From Mytilus trossulus (Eukaryota): a DNA stretch of 64,000 nucleotides. Made by a program: the position numbers and the translations under genes. Numbering within the stretch: the stretch's first letter is position 1; every line of letters begins with the position of its first letter. Location: assembly GCF_036588685.1 (NCBI RefSeq), contig NC_086378.1, positions 77,686,001-77,750,000 of the forward strand. Reading direction: 5' to 3'. Below, in pieces: positions 15,401 through 27,400 of the stretch. The notes below the pieces were generated by a model. That model did not search any database. It saw nothing but the letters and a program-made list of their open reading frames with translations, and had not been told where the DNA came from.

Positions 15401-18400
15401 CAATATACTTTCAAAGGATCATTAAAATAAAAAGAAACTATTTTGCAGATTTTATTGTGTTGGAGTGTGGTGTAGAGCGTCGAAAAATCGTAACTGTCAA
15501 ACCAAAATGAAAGACCCACAACTGTAATATATCTAAAATTAAACATTCACTCATTTTCTTTTCTACTTTACTATCAAAATAATTCTACAATTTACATTTA
15601 TTCGATTGCAAAAAGTTTTCAAATGAACAAGGATTATAATTTAGTACCCCAAACGCGCGTTTCGTCTACATCAGTGACTCATCAGTGACCCTAATATCAA
15701 AATAGTTATAAAGCCAAACAAGTACAAAGTTGAAGAGCATTGATGATCCAAAATTTAAAAAAAATTGAGCTATTGTAATCTTTAAAAGCAACAGTAGTAT
15801 AACGCTGATCGGTATTCATAAATCAATCGAGAAAAAAATAAATCAAGGTTACAAACTAAAAAGAAGGAAACACATCAAGTATAAAAGGAGGTATACGATA
15901 CAATAGAAATACAACATTAAAATGTAACACATTCAGAAACGAACTATATTATATCAATGGCCATTTTTTTTATTTGGTACACGACATTATATAAAAAATA
16001 GCAGCTTAAACATGTTTGTTTTTGCTTGCCAAACCTATACCTGGGATAATAAAATCCTTAGTTTTTCGAAAAATGTAAGGTCTTGTAAACAAGAAATTTA
16101 TAAAAATAACCACATAATTGAAATTTATGTCCACACCAACGTTCTGACTACCAGCAGTGGCCTCAACTCAGTCATGTACACAAATATCAAAGGTACCAGG
16201 ATTATAAGTAAGCACGCCAGACGCGCGTTCCGTCTACATTATACTCATCAAAAGTTCATTGTATAATCAGATTAGTAGTAAATCACTTACAACAAGCTGA
16301 GATGAAATGATTTTCAACGGTTTTTTTTTGGAATTGTTCAAAATAAAAGGCTCTTCTTCGGTTGAATAGAATTTTGATAGTTTGATTTTACTTTGATAAT
16401 AACTGAAGGATATTTAGTTTCACATACTATGTGCAAAACGTCTTTCCTTTAGATTTAAGTAAATTGAAGGACAATAAGATTAGATAATAAAACACAATTG
16501 ACTTTAAAAATCGTTTAAGCAAAGCTTTTCTTTGAATTCTCAATTACTTGTGGGGGGAACCTATGCAGACATATTTGTTTTGTGTGTTGCTACTAAAACC
16601 TGACTGACAAGTGTTCGCATTCTTTCTTGTGAAATGTCCATGCATTTACTCAAACTCAACTAGTAATTGACGCGAACGGTATTTAGGTCTTTTACTTCAA
16701 AATGATTTTGACTCTCGGTCATGTAACACGCGATTATGTTAAGGCCTCCTCTTATAACAATAAAAAGGTCCCAAACATGCATTCGGTATTATTTAAAAAT
16801 CATGACGTAGGTGTATAATCATTGAACTTGTTAATCATGGAATTAATACAACCTTCAACATTATGCTATTTCTTACAATTCTTTGAATCCAAGCATTTTA
16901 CAAATAACGGACGCTTCAGCAACATTAAATCCATCATCACAAATTGTATTCCATTGTCCACCATTCAGAATTTCAACTCTTCCTTCCCAAGGTCCGGCTC
17001 CATTAACAAGTCTGATAGGAGTTGATGCTACAAAAATGTTTAAGTCTCTATTTAATACACAATTAATAACACAATACATGATGAGTATTGCTTTGCAAAA
17101 CGTGCCTCCTTGTAAAATGAAAACTCGCAATTCGGAAGCTAAAATCACATCTTTTTTTGTTAAGATAAGATCTTTGCCTACCCTCCTTGACAGGTTTTGG
17201 ATAATCAAGATATGATGCAGAGTGTTACAGTGTCTTTTGCATTGGCTATTTCGATTGGATAGAAGCGCTAAACATAGTAATCAACCTTTGAATTATTTAG
17301 TATTTGGACATCATCATATAGTGGAAAGTAAAGTTTAAGGATAATTCTAGCTTATTTCTGTTTTTTTCTATGAAACTTTTGTATATCGTGATCCTCTTAT
17401 AGAAGAAACGAAACACAACAGCTAGGAGTGAAGCACAATTTGTGTCCACGTGAATGCGATTCGTTAAGGTGTCAAACTATCAAGGCAATAATTAACGTCG
17501 GTTAGAAGACATTATAAAATGGCGTCTTCTTCTTTTGCTCTTTCCCAAATACTTTATTATTGTGAACTATCAGCCCTTCTAGCTTAGAATAATCGTCGTT
17601 TTAAACTCACAGGATTGTAGAAATAGAGATAAATACTATTCGAAAATCTATCTAAGATGGATCTTACAACACTCTAATCCAATATTTGCATCGTCATTGC
17701 AAGCACGTGATGACCATGTAAATCTACAGCCTGTTACATCATTTTCATAACCACTACACACTACGTTGTCAATCCACGGTTGTTCTGCTGATTTACCAAA
17801 TTTACTGTTTCGGAAAAATTTTGATCCACTGAAAAATTGCATTGTGATACAATGTTTAAAACCTTATATGCAATAAATTATCATAGGTACCAGGATTTTA
17901 ATTTAGCACGCCAGCAAGGTATAGTGGTAAAGTTTTATTTCAGTTATTTGTACAATTTGCCTGCAATAATTGTTTGTATTTTACGAATATTTGTATATCA
18001 TGAAATCTTTAATTTGAATGTATCCGTAATCATTCATTCTTCTAACTCAATGTAAATGATGTCTGATGTCACTTTCAGACTTCGTGGTCCTTTAATGTAA
18101 GTGATGCAATGTATAAGGCAGCAAATAGTCATTGGCTTATAGACTACGGAGAAAATATTCCAGTTCAGTCATTCTATCTAATATTTTAGGAATGTACACT
18201 AGTTTTTAAATTATTTGCCTCAATCATGAATTCTGATGTTTCTTTTCTGCATTGACGTAATGTTGGTTTCTTTAATAGCGTAAGACAGTGTCTATTCATG
18301 GTTTTAACGATATTGCAATATAGAATTTAGCTTGAGGTACATCTTTGATTTATGTAGAGTGACTGATTTTAAACGTACATGTTGATTCTTTAGGAAGCTG

Positions 18401-21400
18401 TCTTCATTCTTTTGTATAGTAAACTGCTGTTGTTACTGAGTTAATGTTTTGTGATTTGTTATGTTTATGATATAATCTATTTTTGTATAATTTGCATTAT
18501 TTGTATTGAACAATTTGTGTGAGCATATAAATCATAGGGCTACTTAGGTCACAAAACAAGTCTAAGGTTAATTTTACTGATTTAGAAGCAACCTAATTTT
18601 ATTCATGAGTCATTGTAAAAAACTAAAAACGAAATTGAATTCATTGCAAAGCAAAAATTTCGAAAGTAATCTTAATTCATCGGAGATATACTGAGCCAAA
18701 AAGGTTTAGCAACAACAATGTGAAATTTTATTTTATTACAAAATCATAACAACATATAATTTAAAAAAAAAAAAAAATGGAATTATGACATGTCAGAAGC
18801 AACAATGGATATTTATCACTCACATTCATTAGGATTTTCTTTGTATGAAGCGCAGGAGGGTCAAAATGCGGAAATGAATATACTGTTATTCAAAATCAAT
18901 TTCAAAACCATGCCCTTAGTTCCCCAATTAAGGCACAACAGCAGCTGCCCTTAGTCAATTCACTACTTTAGTGACCGGAAAAAACTTGTCACGTGTTGAT
19001 AAAAAACGCTCCTTCCTTGGCGATAGCTTTTTTTTGGTCTACGGGATATCAACCTATCCTGTGCAGTTGCAATTTGTCGATTTCTGTTTGTTAGTCTCTA
19101 CACTGTTGCTGTATGCACATTAAATCGAGCCACAATGTCAGCAACACTCATGCCGGCATCAACCATTCCAAGACCTTTCTGACAGTCATTTTCAAGGAGC
19201 TCTGGTTGACACCTCATGCAATTTTTTTTAAAGGTGCAAGTGTTTTTCTTATCAATGGCATGTTTCTGAACTTTATAGTGAAAAAGAAATTTTAAATATC
19301 GTTTTAAAAGTACAGGTACAGAAGGTAAAACGCCAATTACACGTGCAAAGCTGATTTGGCGCTAAATCAATCACCAGGAAAAAAATACGTCTGTTTTAAA
19401 TTACAGGTAAACACCTAAGGATTATATCAATAATGTTGGAATAACTTTTTTCCAGAAACAACAACAAAAAATAAAAAAAAAAATGTTGCTAAACTTTTTT
19501 GGCTCAGTATATATGGCTAGGTATCTACCAATACTCGTTTGGTTTTTCATTTGATTCAAAATGGTTTGAGTTTAGGCCTAATCATTATTGATGTTGAAGT
19601 GGAAGAAGACTTGAATGATGAAAGGTATTTCAATATTTGACGTACTACAAATATCCAGAAAGCTTAACTAAACTGACATCACAATGGCAATAACACTAAA
19701 AGTTGAAAGGACTAACAAGTCCAAAAAACATAACAGACTGAGCGACACGACTCCCGACATAAACACCTGCAGACTTTTTACTGGGATGATGACACCCTCT
19801 CGTACGGAACGTCCATAAGCAATGATATTACATTACTTTACCAAAGGACATCAGTCCAACCAGTTTGCATGTAAATCTTGTGTAATTTGAACATCATGTA
19901 TGTATATGTTACAGTAAATAGGTGAAATTAGGAATTACATGTAATTACTAAAATTTAGGAATTACATGTAATTACTAAAATTTAGGAATTACAGGTAATT
20001 CCCGATGCTCTTAGTTAATACAAGTAATTCCTGAAACGGCCCAGTTATTACCAGTAATTACTAATTTTAAAATGAATTTGTACACCTATTTACTGACTGC
20101 TAAAACAATGTTGTATTATGGTCAGATGATCAAAAGTTATGGTAATACTAACTAGAAGATCAGTTAGTACTCTAAAAATATTGAATGGTTGAATTGTTTT
20201 AAAAATATCTTGAATAAATATTGACTTTCAAATATATGGTTAAATCAGAGTTACCTTAGTTTTAATCCAAAATGGTTAAAGTTGAGCATTATACAGATCA
20301 TTTTTGACCAATTTCAGCAGACATGGAAATCAGAAATGGAAAATTCTCCCAAAACATTATGTTTTAACTTTAAAAATTCAAAGTGCTGGATAACACCTCT
20401 GGAGAGTTTGCAACTGTAGCTGTGTATTATTCCAAAAAGGTTATAGACGTGTATTATTTCAAATATGTATTTCATCACAGCTTTGATGTTTTAAACTAAA
20501 CCATTGTCTCATCAGTAAGGATAAAAAAATCACTTTTTATCATAAAAAGTTTTGATATTTTCTCATGATTACAACCTTAAGCTGTAGATCTAAAATAATG
20601 AAAAATACATTCAGAAAGCTCTGTTAATTTCTTTAAGTACCATGTCAACTTCAAGGGCCTGTGAACTAGTATTTTTCTATTGGTTTAGGTCCTTCATATT
20701 TGTTTTTAGTAAATTAACACGCAAGTTTTTGGTTTGTTTGAATTGTTCCACATGTTTCATATCCGGAGGGGCCTTTTAAAGCTTTCTACATGTATATGGT
20801 ACAAACATTTCTCATTTTTGACAACCTTTATTGTGGCCTATAGTTATTAATACATTTTCATTCTTTGAACTCTTTTGGATAGCATTGGTTCTTTGCAAAA
20901 AATACTGCATCCTTACTTATAAATAGTTACAGTAACTTAAATCAATACAACTGTAAAAAAAGTGAATTTATATTATAGGCTTTTATCAAAAATAGGGAAC
21001 ATGTCCATGGGACTCAAATGATGCCCTCGCTAGCATTAACGTTATAAACTCAAGAACACTACCAAAATTTTTACTTGATCTGAATTATGGGTTAATAAAC
21101 ATTGTGTATTCATCCTAATTATACAGTATTGCGCAATAGAATTGTAAGATCTTGGCATTTGTTTTCTGTCAGAAACCTATTTGTTATGTCAACAACTTGA
21201 TCGCGATCCAAATTCAGAGCTGTATCAGGCTTGAATGTTGTGTCCATACTTGTCCCAACTGTTCAACTTCAGGGTTCGACTTCTGCAGTCGTATAAAGCG
21301 GTGCCCTGTGGAGCATCTGGTTCCATTTAACAAGGCACAACCCTAGAGCAGTAAAAATAAATCCACCAAAATTCAAACTTGATCAGTCGGTGAATATTCA

Positions 21401-24400
21401 ATTCTTTTTTTTATTAAAGCTGTGTCAAATGAGTAGTTACTCGAAATTTTAAAAGAACCTTCCAAGACTCAGATTTCAAACACTAGTACTAGTACTTAAT
21501 TATCTCGGATCAGAATAAATGGTGATAATCTGTCACCACAAGTTTGAGGCCGATGGCTATGGAAAGCAGCAATAGCAAGCTATAGCAAACTTTCCAAAAA
21601 ACTATGAGTTTGAAGAATATTTAGACTTTTTACCTTATAAAGATAAGATAACGTTATGTTGGTTAAGAACTGGAATGAACTGTTATGTGCATTAGCTTTG
21701 AGTTATAAAAAAATATTTTATTTTTTTTGTTGTTAAATCATTTATAAAATGATATAGTGAAATTATAATTCACTGTTAGTAGCCCAACTGGGTCTATTTT
21801 GTTAAATTAGCTGAGAAACAAGGTTGATGAATTGTGCACTTGCGAGGGAATATTTGGACCTCATTGAATACGTATTCATGTGACCTTCAATTCAACCCCT
21901 AGCTGGAGATGGGTTATTGATGTATTAAGCTATTAAAATTGTAAGGGTTTTGCAGAACAAATAGTCTCGCCTACTTTTGCTGTTAATTGCAGGCTCAACA
22001 AAAATGAGGAAAAAATATTAAAAATTTTCTCTAGATACTATCTTTTGACTAGTACTAAATTTAAAAAGCTTTTGTCAAAATTGGGTAAAAATCCAGGATG
22101 GTTTATAAAATCTAATGTTTTAAAAACTTTAACTGCAGAGTGTATGTTATGTTAACTGGGACAAAAACTAGTCCGTTTATCATGTTCATAAGTAATATAG
22201 GAAAAAAAGGATTTTTTTCAAACTTTACTTTCGGATATTATCTTATGATCATAAACATTTAGCTTCTGTCCAAGATTGGTAGAAATCCAGGATATTTGAA
22301 GAAAGTTATTTTAGAGTTTTAAACCACAGTGCATGATTGAGATTTTAGTTTAACAAAATTATGAAAATCAATTTTGGATTGATATCATTGTCTTGCATGC
22401 ATATATTTACGGAGTTTCAAAACCTATAAAACAACCATTTTCCAGTTTCAATTCACAAACACTAAAGAGTATGCACTTTTGATGTGCCTTATATTCCTAC
22501 ATCCTTAAGTAAGCTCCCTTAAAATCCCTACCCCTTTAATTTCTTATTTGGTATCTTGAATTATGTTTTTAATTTTAAAACAAAAATATCAAGTTAGTAA
22601 ATAGCTGTAAAAATGACCAAAAAAATCAGTAATTACCAGAAATCACTGAAACAACTAGTAAATACATGTAATTACTAAATTGGCTAGTAATTACAGGTAT
22701 TTATTGAAATGTTTAGTAATTACTTGTAATTCCTAATTTCACCTATTTACTGTAACAAATATATCAACAAAAATAAGTGTTAATAAACAAAATCATCCAA
22801 ATTCTTTCACATTTCACTAACAAGCCGCAGGTTTAAAACTTACTCTGCCTTAAATCCTAACATTCGGCACATTACTTCTGCAGCCTTAGAATCAAAGGAA
22901 TGGCCACACACGGATCCCCATCGTCCTTCGTGATACATTTCAACTCTCCCAGATGACGGTAAAAATTGGCTTATGAGACGAATGTCAGTTTTTGCTGGAA
23001 ACACAGATAACATACGTAAGGTTTACAGTTTTTTTTTATTGATTTCCTTTTACTTAACCACTTTTGTTTTTCTAAAAACAGTGTTGACACCAGTTTTCCA
23101 ATACTAATATTTTATTAAAGATGACAAATTCAGTACAAAAACTGTGCATTTCAGAAACTATTGTATCTTTTTTTCCCCTACAAAATGTTGTTTAACGTTG
23201 TTGTCGTTTCTAACTTATGTTCATTCCCTTTATAGCCATATTTTGCAAAATCTTTCCAAATTTGATGTTTAATTGCGCTTCAACTTCGAATCCGTATTTT
23301 ACTGGTCTGTTATTCCCATTATAGATAAATGTTGTTCTGAAAAGGTCAGTGCAGATTTGACTGCATCTGGTTTTGAGAATATAACAAAAATGAATCTTTT
23401 ATGCAACAATTCAGAAATTAAAAGCACACATATAAGTGGTAACTGAACTTTAAAGAAATTAAGTTTAAAAATTGATTTGATGCAGTGAAAAAGTTTTGAG
23501 GTCAAAGTATAAACTTGTAATTTTATTTGCAAATTAGCAGGAAAGCGGCGACCTACATGTACAGCTTCTGTACATTACAAACATAAGAAAATAACTAGAG
23601 GCTCTAAAGAGCCTGTGTCGCTCACCTTGGTCTATGTGAATATTAAACAAAGGACGCAGATGGATTCATGACAAAATTGTGTTTTTGTGATGGTGAAGTG
23701 TTTGTACATCTTACTTTACTGAAAATTCTTGCTGCTTACAATTATTTCTATCTATATTGAACTTGGCCCAGTAGTTTCAGTGGAAATTGTAAGTTAAAAT
23801 TTACAAATTTCATGAAATTTGTTAAAAGTTGACTATAAAGGGCAATAATTCCTAAAGGGGTCAACTGACCATTTTGGTCATGCTGACTTATTTGTAGATC
23901 TTACTTTACTGAACATTTTGCTGTTTACAGTCTATCTCTTTCTATAATAATATTCAAGATAATAACCAAAAACATAAAAATTTCCCTAAAATTACCAATT
24001 CAGTGGCAGCAACCCAACAACGGGTTGTCTGATTCATCTGAAAATTCAGAGAAGATAGATCTTGATCTGATAAACAGTTAAACCTTGTGTGATTTGCTCA
24101 AAATGCTTTGGTTTTTGAGTTATAAGCCAAAAGCTGCATTTTACCCCTATGTCCAATTTTTAGCCATGGCAGCCATTTTGGTTGGTTGACCCGGTCACGC
24201 CACACATTTTTTAAACTAGATACCCCAAAGATGATTGTGGTCAAGTTTGGATTAATTTGGTCTGGTAGTTTCAGAGGAGAATATTTTTGTAAAAGATTAC
24301 TAAGATTAACAAAAAATGGTAAAAATATCAATATAAAGGGCAATAACTCTTAAAAGGGTCAACTGATCATTTTGCTTATTTGACTTAATTGTAGATCTTA

Positions 24401-27400
24401 CTTTGCTGAACATTATTGCTTTTTATAGTTTATCTCTATCTATAATGATATTCAAGATAATAACCAAAAACATCAAAATTTCCCTAAAATTACCAATTCA
24501 GGGGCAGCAACCCAACAACGGGTAGTCCGATTCATCTGTGAATTGCAGGGCAAATATATCTTGACCTGATAAACAATTTTACTCCATCAGATATGCTCTA
24601 AAAGGTTTGGTTTATGAGTTATAAGCCAAAAACTGCATTTTACCCGTATGTTCTATTTTTAGCCATGGCGGCCATCTTGGTTTGTTTGACGGGTCACGCC
24701 ACACATTTTTGAAACTAAATACCCTAATGATGATTGTGGCCAAGTTTGGTTTCATTTGGCCTAGAAGTTGTAGAGGAGAAGATTTTTGTAAAAGATTACT
24801 TAGATTAACGAAAAATGGTTCAAAATTGACTATAAAGGGCAATAACTCCTAAAGGAGTCAACTGACCATTTTGGTTGTGTTGACTTATTTGTAGATCTTA
24901 CTTTGCTGAACATTATTGCTGTTTACAGTTTATCTCTATCTACAATAATATTCAAGATAATAACCAAAAACATCAAAATTTCCCTAAAATTACCAATTCA
25001 GGGGCAGCAACCCAACAACGGGTAGTCCGATTCATCTGTGAATTTCAGGGCAAATATATCTTGACCTGATAAACAATTTTACTCCATCAGATATGCTCTA
25101 AAAGGTTTGGTTTATGAGATATAAGCCAAAGACTGCATTTTACCCTTATGTTCTATTTTTAGCCATGGCGGCCATCTTGGTTGGTTTGACGGGTCACACC
25201 ACGAATTTTTAAAACTAGATACCCCAATGATGATTGTGGCCAAGTTTGGTTTCATTTGGCCTAGTAGTTGTAGAGGAGAAGATTTTTGTAAAAGATTACT
25301 AAGATTAACGAAAAATGGTTAAAAATTGACTATAAAGGGCAATAACTCCTAAAGGAGTCAACTGACCATTTTGGTTATGTTGACTTATTTGTAGATCTTA
25401 CTTTGCTGAACATTATTGCTGTTTACAGTTTATCTCTATCTACAATAATATTCAAGTTAATAAGCGAAAACGGACAAAATTTCCCTAAAATTACCAATTT
25501 AGGGGCAGCAACCCAACAACGGGTTGTCCGATTCATCTGAAAATGTCAGGGCAGGTAGATCTTGACCTGATTAACAATTTAACCCTGTCAGATTTTCCCT
25601 CAATGCTTTGGTTTTTGAGTTATAAGCCAAAAATTGCATTTTACCCCTATGTTCTATTTTTAGCCATGTCGGCCATCTTGGTTGGTTTGACGGGTCACGC
25701 CACATATTTTTTAAACTAGATACCCTAATGATGATTGTGTCCAATTTTGATTTAATTTGGCCCAGTAGTTTTTGAGAAGAAGATTTTTGTAAAAGTTAAC
25801 GACGACGACGGGCCAGGTGAGCTAAAAAAGGCAATTGAGAGCTTTGTCGGATGGAAATCCCACTCATGCACATTGTATGATGAGATTGAAGAACAGACTA
25901 AAGATCATCTTTTACTTAGTATTTGAATCTGCAACCTGTAATTCAATATTCCAAAATCAATCAAAGTCGATCTTCTGCTTCTGCTTCTGTCAGATAATAG
26001 CCACAATCAACGAACTGATTATACTGCCATGGTTTGATAGGCATATTAGACAAACACCCTCCCCCAAAGTTTTGAAATTTAATTCAGCTCTATCATCGAG
26101 GCTTCAAAGGCCTTGACTGACGGTGCTGATACGACCCCAGGAGGAACAGCGTTCCAATCCCGGATGGTTCTTGAAAAAAATGGGTGTTTTCGATAGTCAC
26201 AGGATCCTGCTGGTGATTGGAGAGATTTATCATCCATGTTTTGTGTCAGCCGTTTCGGTGGTATAAGACGACCTTCCTTTGATATGGTTACGTGGTTGTT
26301 TTCTATTTTGTATAGCATTGTGAGTTTCGCTTCTTTCCTTCTTTGTTCAAGTGATGTCCTTTTGAGATGTTGTAGCATCAGGTTACCGCTGGAGTGGTTA
26401 TGATGTTTATTAGATACGTAGCGAGTTCCTCTTATTTGTTCCATTTCAAGTCTGTCAGTCTCTGTCTTTTGGTATGGATCCTATACCGAACTGGCATATT
26501 CTACATTGGACGTACCAATATTTTAGATGCATTCTCCTTCACTGTATACGTAGTTGATCATATATTTAAATTTCTTTTCAAGAAACCAATTGTTCAATTT
26601 GCTTTGATGCATATGTTATTCACATTCCATCTGAGATTGGATGTAAATGTACAGCCTATGTATTTTGCACTGCTGACTGACTCATGACTTTGACTATATA
26701 GGCTGTATGAAGTTGCAGTTGTGTTATTTTTCCTGCTGATTGTGAGTATATTGCATTTGTCAGGGTGGTTTCCCATTTTGATTCCCATATTCCAAGGTTG
26801 TCCAGATCTAGTTGTAAATCATGTGAATCTTTGTCTGATGATATCGTGAGGATGATATTGTGTAATCTGCAAGTAGTCAGACTGTAGATTTAATTCCCTC
26901 TGGCATGTCGTTAATGTAGAACAGGAATAGCGAAGGCCCAAGTACTGAGTCTTAGGGTACTCATGACTTTACATCAATATGAATCGGGCTAGCTCGGTTG
27001 CAAGTTCTTTTAGTTTTTAGATTGTTTAGTCCTAAAGCTTTACTTGGATTTTTTTTGTGAGAAGTTTCAGCACTCCATTTTCTGTAATGATTAGATCTTC
27101 AACAGAAGGGTATTGACCTGGCATGTTAAAACGAGATTTGATTATTTCTGGGCTACATGTTTCCTTGGAAGAGAATGCAGACTGAAACTGCCTGGCTTTT
27201 TTGAATTTTAATGTTATGTTAGGAGCCGCTGACTTTTCTATTGTATAATCTGTCACGGCGTCGTATTAGTCGTATTTGTGTTAGCCAAGGGAGTTTATCT
27301 TTCCGTTTTCCTATCTTGTGTGGGATATGGTTTGTTACACTTTGTTTGGGCTGGGTTTTGAAAAATAACCAGAGTTCTTCTGCTGAACTTCCATTTGAAG

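Noticed and set aside
17648-17670. Apparent vicinal CC (LECC) and similar SCSC at 11115-11135
   Set aside because: The second Cys codon is read from the intron donor (T|gt) and is not in the spliced mRNA
19912-20095. 25-bp direct repeats as possible iterons or CRISPR
   Set aside because: They are subterminal repeats mirrored at the other TIR of a TA-flanked element
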